From contig CANPVK010000001.1 in NCBI GenBank assembly GCA_947581715.1, positions 1-59,013 of the forward strand: 59,013 bases of DNA, read 5' to 3'. The translations under genes were made by a program, and so were the position numbers. Under the pieces are notes generated by a model, which was not told the DNA's origin, did no database searches, and worked only from the letters and a program-made list of their open reading frames with translations. Below, piece after piece: positions 1 through 9,946 of this stretch (positions are counted from its first letter, which is position 1; the number at the start of each line of letters is the position of its first letter). Source of the stretch: an uncultured Bacilli bacterium (GTDB taxonomy: Bacteria > Bacillota_I > Bacilli_A > RF39 > UBA660).

Positions 1-81
1 TAATAAAAAAATATAAATAGAAAGGGATCAATTAATAAGAAATTAATTAATATTTCTATAAGATTGATTATACGTGATAAG

Positions 82-645
82 ATGAAACTCATTGTTGGTT
101 TGGGTAATCCAGGAAAAGAATATGAAAATACAAGACATAATATTGGATTTCAAACACTGGATTTATTTGCAGAAAAACTAGGTGTTTCTATTTCTAAATC
201 TAAATTTAATGGACTTTATGCAGAAGTTTCTATTTCTTCTGAAAAAGTTATTTTATTGAAACCTCAATCTTATATTAATTTAAGTGGAGAAGTGATTCGT
301 AAATTTATAGATTTTTATCAAATTCCTATCGAAAATATTTTAATTATTCATGATGATTTAGATTTACCAGTAGGAATTTATAAAATTAAACAAAAGGGTT
401 CTAGTGGGGGACATAATGGATTAAAAAATATAGAACTTCATTTGAAAACACAAGAGTATAAAAGAATTAAAATTGGGATTTCTAATAATAAAGAGATGGA
501 TACCAAAGATTATGTTTTAGGAAAGTTATCTGTTTCTGAACAAAAACAATTGAGAGAAGTACAAAATACGGTTTTAGATATATTAGATGATTATTTTCAA
601 TTTTCTTTTTTAGAATTAATGTCAAAATATAATCATAATAGGTGA
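82..645 (+). CDS. pth: peptidyl-tRNA hydrolase
   Basis: Translation MKLIVGLGNPGKEYENTRHNIGF... contains the Pth family N-terminal signature. The ATG at 82 is preferred to the upstream TTG at 64. It lies directly upstream of mfd, as in Bacillus. Confidence 0.9.
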   Translation: MKLIVGLGNPGKEYENTRHNIGFQTLDLFAEKLGVSISKSKFNGLYAEVSISSEKVILLKPQSYINLSGEVIRKFIDFYQIPIENILIIHDDLDLPVGIYKIKQKGSSGGHNGLKNIELHLKTQEYKRIKIGISNNKEMDTKDYVLGKLSVSEQKQLREVQNTVLDILDDYFQFSFLELMSKYNHNR

Positions 646-649
646 TAGA

Positions 650-3600
650 ATGAATTTTTTTGAACAGAAAATACCGACTAAAAATATTTCTCATATTGGT
701 TTATCTGGCTTAACAGATGAGCTTTTTTGTCGTTATATTCATCAAGTATATTTCGATAATTCTAAATCTATTTTATTAGTTACATCTAGTTTGTTTGAAG
801 CAAATCAACTTTATAATGAGCTTCTGAATTTACAAGAAAATGTTTATCTATTTCCTATGGATGATTTTTTAACTAGTGAAGCCATTGCTGTAAGTCCTGA
901 TTTAAAGGTAAATCGATTGGAAACTCTTCATTCTCTTATCGAAAATAAGCAAAGTATTGTGGTAACCAATCTTATGGGATATTTGAGATTTTTACCTTCT
1001 TGTTCTGTTTATCAAAAAAGCATCCAAACCATTTCTGTCAATCAGGATTATGATCAAATGGAATTGGCCCGTTATTTGAGTCAAATAGGATATGAAAGAG
1101 AATCTATTGTTACGAAAACGGGTGAATATTCTGTTCGTGGATTTATTGTGGATGTTTTTCCAATAGGAGAAGATCATCCTGTTCGTTTTGAATTTTTTGG
1201 CGATACGATTGAATCGATTCATTTCTTTGATGAAGATACCCAAAAATCTATTCATCCTATTCCTTCTATTACGTTATATCCTTATCATGAGTTTTTAATT
1301 GATAGTTCCGAAGAAATACCGGAAATGAAGCAAAAATATTTGAAAAATTATACCAAAGTAGTTTCCATTTTAGATTATTTAAAAGAACCCATTGTTTTTT
1401 ATAAGGATATATCACAGTTAGAAGTAAGTTATCAGAATATCATGCAGGAAGTTTTAGAATATCATCAAGAAAAAGATTGTGATTTTGAAGGGGATTATAT
1501 GTTTGATTTTCATGCTTTAAATCCTCCTTCTTTAAATCATTATTTAACTGTTGATAATCTTCTTTCTGATTCTTCTATTCAGATGTATAATTTAGAAGCA
1601 AAAGAAATTTCTTGTTTTCATGAAAATATTGAAGCTATTAATCATTTTTTACAAGAACAATTATATCTTAATAAGATGATTTTAATTTATTTAAAAGAAA
1701 TTCAAGTGAAAAATTTTACTAAAGTATTAGTTTCTCCTTATGTCATTACGGATGAAGAACATTTAGAAAAAGGAAGAATTAATATTATTTTGAAAACTAT
1801 GAATAAAGGTTTTCTTTATCAAGATTATGTGGTACTTACTGATAAAGAGTTATTTCATTATCAAATTCATCATAAAAAATATAAAACAAAATTTAAATAT
1901 ACTTCTAAGATTAAAGATTTAAATAAATTAGAAATTGGAGATTATGTTGTTCATGCAGTTAATGGAATCGGAATTTATCAAGGAATTAAAACTTTAACTT
2001 ATGGAAATCTTATCAAAGATTATATTGAGATTCATTACGCAGAAAATGACAAATTATATATTCCCGTTGAAAAAATTGATTTGATTAGTAAGTATTCTGG
2101 AAATGAAGGAGTTGTTCCTAAAATTAATAAATTAGGTGGCTCTGATTGGAATAAGGTAAAAGCTAGAGTTAAAAGTAAGATTCATGATATTGCTGATCAG
2201 TTATTACATCTTTATGCGGAAAGAGAAATGAAAGAAGGGTTTGCTTTTTCTAAAGATTCTGTTTTACAACAACAATTTGAAAATGCTTTTGAATATACGG
2301 AAACCAAAGATCAATTAATTGCAGCTAACCAAATTAAAGAAGAAATGGAATCGAATCATCCCATGGATCGTCTTTTATGTGGTGATGTTGGTTATGGGAA
2401 GACAGAAGTCGCTTTTCGTGCCGTATTTAAGGCAGTCATGGATTCTAAACAAGTTTTATACTTGTGTCCAACTACTATCTTATCCAATCAACAATATCAA
2501 AATGCTTTAGTCAGGTTTCGTGATTTTCCGGTTCATATTGGATTATTAAATCGATTCACAACTCCAAAAGAAAAAAATAGAATTTTAGAAGGATTAAAAG
2601 ATGGAACAATGGATTTTGTGATAGGAACGCATCGACTTCTTAGTAATGATATTCAACCAAAAGATTTAGGTTTATTGATTATTGATGAAGAACAAAGATT
2701 TGGTGTTACACATAAAGAAAAAATCAAACAATATAAAAGCAATATTGATGTTCTTACTTTAACTGCTACACCAATTCCTAGAACTTTACAGATGTCTATG
2801 GTTGGTATCCGAAGTCTATCTTTAATTGAAACTCCACCTGTTGATCGTTATCCTGTCCAGACTTATGTAATTGAAGAAAATAAACAAATTATAAAGGATG
2901 CTATATATAAAGAAATATCTAGAAATGGACAAGTATTTTTACTTTATAATCGTGTAGAAAGTATTGAAAGAAAAGTATTAGAAATTCAAAGTTTAGTACC
3001 AGAAGCAAGAATTGTTTATGCTCATGGACAACTTTCTAAAGAGGAATTAGAGAGCAGAATGGATGCTTTTATTCATCAAGAATATGATGTTTTGATCTGT
3101 ACTACGATTATTGAAACTGGTATTGATATTCCTAATGTAAATACTTTAATTATTTTAGATGCTGATCGATTTGGTTTAAGTCAGTTATATCAAATTCGTG
3201 GAAGAGTAGGACGTAGTAATAAAATTGCTTATGCTTATTTTATGTATCATCCTTCTAAGATTCTAACAGAATCTGCTGTAAAAAGGTTAAATGCCATTAA
3301 AGATTTTACAGAACTTGGTAGTGGTTTTTCAATTGCTACTAGAGACTTATCTATTCGTGGAGCAGGAGATATCTTAGGAAGTGAACAGGCTGGATTTATT
3401 GATAATGTTGGAATTGATTTATATTTAAAAATGTTACAGGATGAAATTAGTCGCTTAAAAGGAATAGAAGTAAAAGAAGATACATTAGTGAATGAAAAAC
3501 CTCTTTTAAATGTTTCTACTCATATTTCTAATAATTATACAGAAGATGAAAATTTAAAAATTTCTATTCATAAAGAGATTAATACGATTGATTCTTTTGC

Positions 3601-3943
3601 TAAATTACAGGAAGTAAAATCAGATTTGGAGGATCGTTTTGGTACATTAGATGAAAGTGTCATTATTTATATGTATCAAGAATGGTTTGAAAAAATGGCT
3701 AAAGAATTAGAAATCGAAAAAGTAAATCTTACTAGAAATTCTTTAGAATTGGTTTTTAGCAAAGAAATTACGAAGAAAATTGATGGAGAAAAATTATTTA
3801 CGGATGCTTTCCACATTACTCCCATGTTTCGCTTTAAAATGGTGGCAGATCAACTTATTCTTATTTTAGATACCATTCAGTTAGAAAAGCATTATGTTTA
3901 TTATTTAGTGGAATTACTTCAAAAAATAGCGTTAAAAAAATAG
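650..3943 (+). CDS. mfd: transcription-repair coupling factor Mfd
   Basis: 1097 aa with superfamily-2 helicase motifs GDVGYGKTEVA, IIDEEQRFG and TATPIPRT, a CarD-like KIGDYVVH region and a C-terminal TRG-like region. Conserved pth-mfd synteny. Confidence 0.92.
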   Translation: MNFFEQKIPTKNISHIGLSGLTDELFCRYIHQVYFDNSKSILLVTSSLFEANQLYNELLNLQENVYLFPMDDFLTSEAIAVSPDLKVNRLETLHSLIENKQSIVVTNLMGYLRFLPSCSVYQKSIQTISVNQDYDQMELARYLSQIGYERESIVTKTGEYSVRGFIVDVFPIGEDHPVRFEFFGDTIESIHFFDEDTQKSIHPIPSITLYPYHEFLIDSSEEIPEMKQKYLKNYTKVVSILDYLKEPIVFYKDISQLEVSYQNIMQEVLEYHQEKDCDFEGDYMFDFHALNPPSLNHYLTVDNLLSDSSIQMYNLEAKEISCFHENIEAINHFLQEQLYLNKMILIYLKEIQVKNFTKVLVSPYVITDEEHLEKGRINIILKTMNKGFLYQDYVVLTDKELFHYQIHHKKYKTKFKYTSKIKDLNKLEIGDYVVHAVNGIGIYQGIKTLTYGNLIKDYIEIHYAENDKLYIPVEKIDLISKYSGNEGVVPKINKLGGSDWNKVKARVKSKIHDIADQLLHLYAEREMKEGFAFSKDSVLQQQFENAFEYTETKDQLIAANQIKEEMESNHPMDRLLCGDVGYGKTEVAFRAVFKAVMDSKQVLYLCPTTILSNQQYQNALVRFRDFPVHIGLLNRFTTPKEKNRILEGLKDGTMDFVIGTHRLLSNDIQPKDLGLLIIDEEQRFGVTHKEKIKQYKSNIDVLTLTATPIPRTLQMSMVGIRSLSLIETPPVDRYPVQTYVIEENKQIIKDAIYKEISRNGQVFLLYNRVESIERKVLEIQSLVPEARIVYAHGQLSKEELESRMDAFIHQEYDVLICTTIIETGIDIPNVNTLIILDADRFGLSQLYQIRGRVGRSNKIAYAYFMYHPSKILTESAVKRLNAIKDFTELGSGFSIATRDLSIRGAGDILGSEQAGFIDNVGIDLYLKMLQDEISRLKGIEVKEDTLVNEKPLLNVSTHISNNYTEDENLKISIHKEINTIDSFAKLQEVKSDLEDRFGTLDESVIIYMYQEWFEKMAKELEIEKVNLTRNSLELVFSKEITKKIDGEKLFTDAFHITPMFRFKMVADQLILILDTIQLEKHYVYYLVELLQKIALKK

Positions 3944-3964
3944 CTGGTTTCCTAGCTATTTTTT
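3935..3964. terminator. AT-rich hairpin between convergent genes (possible bidirectional terminator)
   Basis: aaaaaatagct (3935-3945) pairs with agctatttttt (3954-3964) around the loop ggtttcct. It overlaps both stop codons and has A-run and T-run flanks. Confidence 0.4.
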
Positions 3965-5434
3965 TTGATATAAATAATAAGTTCTCATATTTTGTTCATA
4001 TTCTTGTTTTTGTGTTAAAACTAACTGATAGTTTTTTTCTAACTGATTTCTATCTGCTTTACTAATTTTATTACTTGTTATCACGTAATCTGTTACTTTT
4101 TCTTTTACGTATCTTCGTTGTTCATCCATATTATCTGGATATAGGCTATAATTAATATTATTTTTTTGAAAATAATATACTGTAGGAATGGTGTTGGTTG
4201 AAAAATAAAATCCACTATCTAAACATCCAAAATTTAAAATTGTTTTTCCTTTTTCTATTTCTTTTAGAAAACTAAATTGTGCATAATCTTCTTTTTTCTT
4301 TGATAAATAAGAAGTATTTGGTGAGTGATAATAGGCAATTGTTAAAGTTAGTGGTATTTCTATGATAGTTAAAAGGATGATCCCTTTTTCTATTCTTTTT
4401 TTTGTATCTATTTTTAAAATAAATTTTGTTATCCAGATTAATCCAAAAATCATAAATGGTTGCATTGGAAGTGAGTAATATCTATAGTTGGTACCTCCAA
4501 TAAAGATGAAGATTAATAAAAGTAAAGTTGATAGTAATAAATAAAAATTGTTGCTTTTTTCTTTGAAAAAGGTTTTTGTCTTTATTGATAAAAGCATAGG
4601 AATTATAATTAATAATAGATATTGATAGTATTTTTTTAAGACTCCTATTATGGTTCGGATACAGGATGTTATTTTTTCTATTATAGTAGAATCTTTGGCA
4701 TAGCTCTTCATATTAAATAAGAAATAAACATCTATTAATTGTGATAATCCATGGTGTAGGAAAAAATAAAGGATAATTGGTATTGTGACAATGAAAAATC
4801 CTAGTAAAAACATTCCTATTTTTTCTAATAAAACTTTTCCTTTTTGATTTTTTCTTTCTTTGATTAAGACAACTAGACAAAATCCAATCGAAAAACCTAT
4901 TAAAGTGTATTTCATCCAGAAGATAATTCCTGTTAAAACACCAACTAGTAAGGTTTGCTTGTTAGAAATTTGATTGGTTTTTAAATACATTAAAAAATAA
5001 TAAACCGTCATGATTAAAAACGGAAAAGTAAATTCTTCACAACTACCTCCATGGGTAAAAGAGCGAGAGGATAATATGAGGCAGGCAAGAATTGGGATGA
5101 ATAAATAACTGAATTTTTCTTCTAAATATAAGTCAATTATTTTTTCGATATAATAAAAGAAACAGGTTAAAGAGATTACTTCTAATATAAAAACACCGAA
5201 AAAGGAATGATTGGAAATCAATGCTGCGATTGCATAAATTAAGTAAAGGAGAGGACCTTTTTGTTCAAATAAATCTAGATAAGGAATTTTTCCCACTAAC
5301 ATCGATTTTCCTACTGTAAAAAAGGCATTTACATCGTACCAATCATTCATTTGATAAAATGGTGAATTTTTAGAAAGAATACATAGAAATAAGATAGAAA
5401 TTCCCAAACAATATAAAAATTTTTTTCTTTTCAT
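3956..5434 (-). CDS. polytopic membrane glycosyltransferase, ArnT/PMT (GT-C, family 39)-like
   Basis: 492 aa with many hydrophobic segments. The first extracytoplasmic loop motif GKIPYLDLFEQKGPLLY resembles the conserved loop of GT39/ArnT-type enzymes. Confidence 0.6.
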   Translation of the reverse strand: MKRKKFLYCLGISILFLCILSKNSPFYQMNDWYDVNAFFTVGKSMLVGKIPYLDLFEQKGPLLYLIYAIAALISNHSFFGVFILEVISLTCFFYYIEKIIDLYLEEKFSYLFIPILACLILSSRSFTHGGSCEEFTFPFLIMTVYYFLMYLKTNQISNKQTLLVGVLTGIIFWMKYTLIGFSIGFCLVVLIKERKNQKGKVLLEKIGMFLLGFFIVTIPIILYFFLHHGLSQLIDVYFLFNMKSYAKDSTIIEKITSCIRTIIGVLKKYYQYLLLIIIPMLLSIKTKTFFKEKSNNFYLLLSTLLLLIFIFIGGTNYRYYSLPMQPFMIFGLIWITKFILKIDTKKRIEKGIILLTIIEIPLTLTIAYYHSPNTSYLSKKKEDYAQFSFLKEIEKGKTILNFGCLDSGFYFSTNTIPTVYYFQKNNINYSLYPDNMDEQRRYVKEKVTDYVITSNKISKADRNQLEKNYQLVLTQKQEYEQNMRTYYLYQKK

Positions 5435-5572
5435 TTTGTTACCACCAATTTCATTATAGCATTTCTTAGAAGGCTGTCACTAAACTTTTGGTTGAATTTG
5501 ATTTTCTTTTTTCAATTTGACTATTTTGGGAGAAACTGTTATGATTAATTTAAGAATAAAAGGATGATTTAC

Positions 5573-6202
5573 ATGGAAAAAGATTTAAAAGAAATGTTTC
5601 GGGAGAAAAATCGAATGATTTTACTTTCGAATTTAAAATATGATTTAGAAAAAAATATCCATAGTTTATTGGATACCATTACGAATATTTTTCATTTAGA
5701 ATTTGAAACAGCCATTAAAAACAGTCAAGCAATTTGTTTGGATTCGGAAATTGAGAATAGTAAAATGTTTTTAGCAAAAACAATACATCAAATGCAAAAG
5801 AAAAGCTTTCAAAAGGTACAGAAATTATTAGAAAAAAAGAAAAATGCCTTAGAACAATTAATTGATCATTTAGAATTTTCAGAAGAGTGTTTAAATGATT
5901 ACTATCAACAAGTTTTTCAGACAACGAAAGATTTTCAAGAAGCTTTTCAGAAACATATTTTGGATGATATCCAAAATAAAAATTTAGATCACTTTCATCA
6001 ATTTGTATCTCAAAATGTAGAAAAAGATAAAGAGGAGTTAACGATTCTTCGTATTACCGATTATATTAATAATCGCTTGTATGGAAAGTTAGAAACAAAA
6101 ATTCATATGGAACTGATGTTACGAGATAATAATTTAATTAATAAAGCAAAAGAAAGTTATCTTCGATATCAAGAAATTTCATCTAGGACAACCGATTGTT
6201 AG
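5573..6202 (+). CDS. hypothetical coiled-coil protein
   Basis: Long ORF. The ATG at 5573 lies 9 nt after aaagga and is preferred to the ATG at 5564. Charged, helix-rich composition with no recognisable motif. Confidence 0.5.
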   Translation: MEKDLKEMFREKNRMILLSNLKYDLEKNIHSLLDTITNIFHLEFETAIKNSQAICLDSEIENSKMFLAKTIHQMQKKSFQKVQKLLEKKKNALEQLIDHLEFSEECLNDYYQQVFQTTKDFQEAFQKHILDDIQNKNLDHFHQFVSQNVEKDKEELTILRITDYINNRLYGKLETKIHMELMLRDNNLINKAKESYLRYQEISSRTTDC

Positions 6203-6276
6203 GATTTTAAAATTCTAACTTTTTTTGTATAAATTTTTTTATTCTTTCTAACACTAATGATAGAAAGAAGGTATCT

Positions 6277-6792
6277 ATGAAAGCAACAGGAGTTGTTAGA
6301 AGAATTGACAATTTAGGTCGTATCGTTATTCCCAAAGAAATTCGTAAAACTTTTAGAATTATGGAAGGAGATAGTTTAGAATTTTTTGTAGATGAGAGTG
6401 GAATTATTTTAAGAAAATATGATATTTTAGATCATTTATTAGAAGTATCTAAAAATTTAGTGGATTTAGTCTATCAAATTTATGGAAAGCATATCTTTAT
6501 TACAGATAAGGAAAAAGTGATTGCTTCTTCTAAAGAATATCGTAATATCTATCTAAACCAAAATTTATCTAGTAATATTAAAGATAAAATAGAAAAAAGA
6601 GAAGAATATCTTACTTCCGAAAAATTTTCTATTATTGTAGGTCAAACTGTTTTTTCTTGTTTTTTGGTTCCTATTTTAGTAGATAGTGATGTATTAGGAA
6701 GTGTTGTTTTAGTACAGGATGATATTACGAAAGAAGATCAAAAACTTATTAGACTGATTGCTTCTGTTTTTATTAAAAATATTGAATCATAA
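6277..6792 (+). CDS. spoVT: stage V sporulation protein T (AbrB-family regulator)
   Basis: N-terminal SpoVT/AbrB motif MKATGVVRRIDNLGRIVIPKEIRKTF followed by a C-terminal domain of about 120 aa. Its position downstream of mfd matches Bacillus. Confidence 0.85.
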   Translation: MKATGVVRRIDNLGRIVIPKEIRKTFRIMEGDSLEFFVDESGIILRKYDILDHLLEVSKNLVDLVYQIYGKHIFITDKEKVIASSKEYRNIYLNQNLSSNIKDKIEKREEYLTSEKFSIIVGQTVFSCFLVPILVDSDVLGSVVLVQDDITKEDQKLIRLIASVFIKNIES

Positions 6793-6810
6793 GAAAATCT
6801 ATGCTATAAT
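6782..6810 (+). promoter_or_regulatory. sigma-A type promoter for the T-box leader
   Basis: TTGAAT (6782-6787), a 17-nt spacer, then TATAAT (6805-6810). Confidence 0.5.
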
Positions 6811-6816
6811 TTAACT

Positions 6817-7025
6817 CATAAAAGTTTTGAAGGAAAGAGTTATTGGAAATCTATTTCAGAGAGTCTCGTTTGGTGGAAGGAGATATAGAGGAACAATAAT
6901 AAATGGTTCTGGAGCTAATAAATATTTATTCGTTTCTCGCGTTAAGAGTTTAAGTGTATAAGTGTTTACTTATAAAATAAGGTGGTACCGCGATTATTCG
7001 TCCTTATAGGAATAATCGTTTTTTT
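6817..7025 (+). promoter_or_regulatory. T-box leader (tRNA-sensing riboswitch), probable Met specifier
   Basis: Conserved T-box sequence GGTGGTACCGCG at 6981-6992 overlaps the 5' arm of a terminator. AGAGA- and GGTGGAA-like stem I elements lie upstream. An AUG triplet at 6903-6905 lies in the stem I region. A Met-tRNA ligase gene is downstream. Confidence 0.8.
6991..7025 (+). terminator. T-box terminator hairpin
   Basis: cgattattc (6991-6999) pairs with gaataatcg (7010-7018), followed by ttttttt. Confidence 0.75.
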
Positions 7026-7038
7026 ATGGAGGAATCTG

Positions 7039-7527
7039 ATGGCAAGATATTTTGAAAAAATTAGTTTTGAACAGTTTCAAAAAGATGTAGTGGATGATCG
7101 AGAATTGTATGAAAGTTTTCCATTACCAAAGAGAAGTACGAAAGAAAGTGCTGGTTATGATTTTATCTCTCTTTTTGATTTTATCTTAAAACCAGGAGAG
7201 ACGAGAAAGATTCCTTTGGGTGTTAAAATTCATATGAATCCAGGAGATGTTATGTTTTTATTGGTTCGTAGTAGTCAAGGGTTTCGATATAATGTACGGA
7301 TGTGTAATCAAGTTGGTGTTTTTGAAGCTGATTACTGTGATAATCCAGATAATGAAGGACATGCTTGGGTGAAACTACAGAATCAAGGAGATCAAGATTA
7401 TGTAGTACATTATGGGGATAAAATATGTCAGGCTATATTTTTAAAATATCTTACTGTTGATTGCGAAGAAGAAATTTCAACAGTTAGAACAGGTGGAATT
7501 GGATCCACGGATAGAAAGGATGGATAA
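7039..7527 (+). CDS. dut: dUTP diphosphatase (trimeric dUTPase family)
   Basis: dUTPase motifs SAGYDF, VRSSQG, GVFEADY, KICQAIF and a C-terminal RTGGIGSTD. The ATG at 7039 follows ggagga. The longer ORF from 6982 would run through the T-box terminator. Confidence 0.8.
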   Translation: MARYFEKISFEQFQKDVVDDRELYESFPLPKRSTKESAGYDFISLFDFILKPGETRKIPLGVKIHMNPGDVMFLLVRSSQGFRYNVRMCNQVGVFEADYCDNPDNEGHAWVKLQNQGDQDYVVHYGDKICQAIFLKYLTVDCEEEISTVRTGGIGSTDRKDG

Positions 7528-7529
7528 AA

Positions 7530-9071
7530 ATGGAAAAATTTTATATTTCGACAGCGATTGCTTATACTTCTGGAAAACCTCATATTGGAAATACTTATGA
7601 GATTGTGTTAGCAGATAGTATTGCTCGTTATAAAAGATTAAAAGGATTTGATGTTTATTTTCAAACAGGAACGGATGAGCATGGGGAAAAAATTCAAATC
7701 AAAGCAAATGAAAAAGGAGTTACTCCACAGGCGTATGTAGATGAAGTGGCAACAGAAATTCGAAGAATTTGGGATATTATGAATACCAGTTATGATCGCT
7801 TTGTTAGAACGACAGATCAAAATCATGAAAGAATTGTACAAAAAATCTTTCAAAAAATGTATGAAAAGGGAGATATTTATTTAGGAAAATATGAAGGATT
7901 ATATTGTACTCCTTGTGAATCTTTCTTTACGGAAAGTCAATTAGTAGATGGAAAATGTCCTGATTGTGGTAGAAATGTAGAACCAAAAAGCGAAGAAGCC
8001 TACTTTTTTCGATTATCTAAATATCAAGACCAGCTAATTGAATATATCAATTCTCATCCAGAATTTATTAAACCAGAATCTCGTAAAAATGAGATGATTC
8101 ATAATTTTTTAGAACCAGGACTTCAAGATTTATGTGTTTCTCGTACTTCTTTTGATTGGGGAATCCCTGTTAGTTTTGATCCTAAGCATGTTGTTTATGT
8201 TTGGTTAGATGCTCTTACGAATTATATTACGAATATTGGATATGATCCAGATGGTAGTAGTGAAGAGTTTGAAAAATATTGGCCAGCAGATTTACATTTA
8301 ATTGGAAAAGATATCATTCGTTTTCATACTATTTATTGGCCTTGTTTCTTAATGAGTTTGGATTTACCTCTTCCAAAACAAGTATTTGGTCATCCTTGGT
8401 TACTTGTTGGAGAAGGAAAAATGAGTAAATCGAAAGGAAATGTCATTTATGCCGATGATTTAGTAGAAGCTTTTGGAGTAGATAGTGTACGTTATTATGT
8501 CCTTCATGAAATTCCTTATGCGAATGATGGAACATTAACCTATGATTTGTTGATTGATCGCATTAATAGTGATTTAGCAAATGTATTAGGAAACTTGGTC
8601 AATCGTACTATTTCTATGGTTCATAAATATTTTCAAGGTACTGTTTCTAATCAGAAAGTTTCTGAAAGCTATGATGATGAACTTATTTCTATGATAAATT
8701 CTTTAGAAGAAAAAATTGAAAAAAGAATGAATGAGTTAGAGATTGGTGCTGCTTTAGATGAAATTTTTGAGGTTTTACGAAGAAGCAATAAATATATTGA
8801 TGAAGCAACTCCTTGGGTACTTGCCAAAGAAGAAGATAAGAAAGATCGATTAGAGACAGTCTTATATAATTTATTGGAATCTATTCGTGTGTGTGGAATT
8901 TTCTTAAGTCCTTTTTTACCAGAAACGAGTGAAAAAATCAAGAAACAATTAGGAAATGAAAGAGAAGAAAGAACTTATTTAGAAGATAATACTTATACTG
9001 TTTTAGCACCTGAAGCTTTATTTATGAGGATTGATAAAGAAAAGAAATTAGCAGAATTAGAAGAACAATAA
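7530..9071 (+). CDS. metG: methionine--tRNA ligase (short form)
   Basis: Class I aaRS HIGH-type motif (KPHIGNTYE), KMSKS motif (GKMSKSKGN) and a CPxC...CPDCG zinc knuckle. 513 aa. Confidence 0.93.
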   Translation: MEKFYISTAIAYTSGKPHIGNTYEIVLADSIARYKRLKGFDVYFQTGTDEHGEKIQIKANEKGVTPQAYVDEVATEIRRIWDIMNTSYDRFVRTTDQNHERIVQKIFQKMYEKGDIYLGKYEGLYCTPCESFFTESQLVDGKCPDCGRNVEPKSEEAYFFRLSKYQDQLIEYINSHPEFIKPESRKNEMIHNFLEPGLQDLCVSRTSFDWGIPVSFDPKHVVYVWLDALTNYITNIGYDPDGSSEEFEKYWPADLHLIGKDIIRFHTIYWPCFLMSLDLPLPKQVFGHPWLLVGEGKMSKSKGNVIYADDLVEAFGVDSVRYYVLHEIPYANDGTLTYDLLIDRINSDLANVLGNLVNRTISMVHKYFQGTVSNQKVSESYDDELISMINSLEEKIEKRMNELEIGAALDEIFEVLRRSNKYIDEATPWVLAKEEDKKDRLETVLYNLLESIRVCGIFLSPFLPETSEKIKKQLGNEREERTYLEDNTYTVLAPEALFMRIDKEKKLAELEEQ

Positions 9072-9084
9072 CATCTTTTTTGTG

Positions 9085-9116
9085 AAGCAGTTTTTATTTG
9101 AAAACTGCTTTTTTCT
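9085..9116 (+). terminator. rho-independent terminator after metG
   Basis: aagcagtttt (9085-9094) pairs with aaaactgctt (9101-9110), followed by a T-run. Confidence 0.7.
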
Positions 9117-9140
9117 GTTATAATGTTTATGGGTGATTTT

Positions 9141-9905
9141 ATGTTGATTGATACTCATTTGCATCTTGGAGAAGATTTTGGAATCCCTCCGGATTTATTG
9201 ATAGAACATGCTCGTTGTCAAAAAGTGCAAGCTTTAATTGCTTCTTTTTGTGAAAAAGATGACATATCTTTTTCTACTTTTTATACGGAAAAATATGATT
9301 GTGTATATGCTGCTGTTGGTTATCATCCAGAAGTTGCTGACAAAATTGTAGATTCGGATTTTGAAATCTTAGAAAAACTCATTTCAGAAAATCCTAAAAT
9401 TGTAGCAATTGGGGAGATAGGACTGGACTATTATTGGAATAAAGAGAATCAAGAGCAACAAAGAAAAGTGTTTCGAAGACAGTTAGCACTTGCTGAAAAA
9501 TTAAATCTTCCTGTTATTATTCATAGCAGAGATGCAATTGGAGAAACTTATGAAATTTTGAAAGACTATTCTGTAAAAGGAGTTATCCATTGTTTTAGTG
9601 GAAGTTTAGAAATGGCTCAAAAATTTATTGACATAGGTTTTCTTTTAGGAATTGGTGGCGTATTAACCTTTCGAAATAGTAAATTATATCAAGTAATCGA
9701 AAAGATTTCCCTTTCTTCTATTGTGTTAGAAACGGATAGTCCTTATTTAGCACCAGAGCCAGTTCGTGGAAAAACAAACGAGTCTAGTAATCTTATTTAT
9801 ATTGCCGAAAAACTTGCTGAAATTAAACAGTTATCTTTAGAGTCAGTTGCTTTCGAAACAACACAAAATGCGATAAACCTATTTGACTTACCTATCAAAA
9901 TATGA
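9141..9905 (+). CDS. tatD: TatD-family metal-dependent DNase/hydrolase (YabD-like)
   Basis: Motifs IDTHLHL, EIGLDYYW, IIHSRDA, IHCFSG and ETDSPYL. Position after metG matches Bacillus yabD. Confidence 0.88.
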   Translation: MLIDTHLHLGEDFGIPPDLLIEHARCQKVQALIASFCEKDDISFSTFYTEKYDCVYAAVGYHPEVADKIVDSDFEILEKLISENPKIVAIGEIGLDYYWNKENQEQQRKVFRRQLALAEKLNLPVIIHSRDAIGETYEILKDYSVKGVIHCFSGSLEMAQKFIDIGFLLGIGGVLTFRNSKLYQVIEKISLSSIVLETDSPYLAPEPVRGKTNESSNLIYIAEKLAEIKQLSLESVAFETTQNAINLFDLPIKI

Positions 9906-9946
9906 TATATTCGTTTTATAATAAGCGAGGGTAAGTAGGTGTGGAT

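Noticed and set aside
6982-7038. Upstream extension of the dut ORF (start at 6982 in the ORF track)
   Set aside because: The extension overlaps the T-box motif and terminator hairpin and encodes a hydrophobic artefact. The ATG at 7039, with ggagga upstream, is the plausible start.
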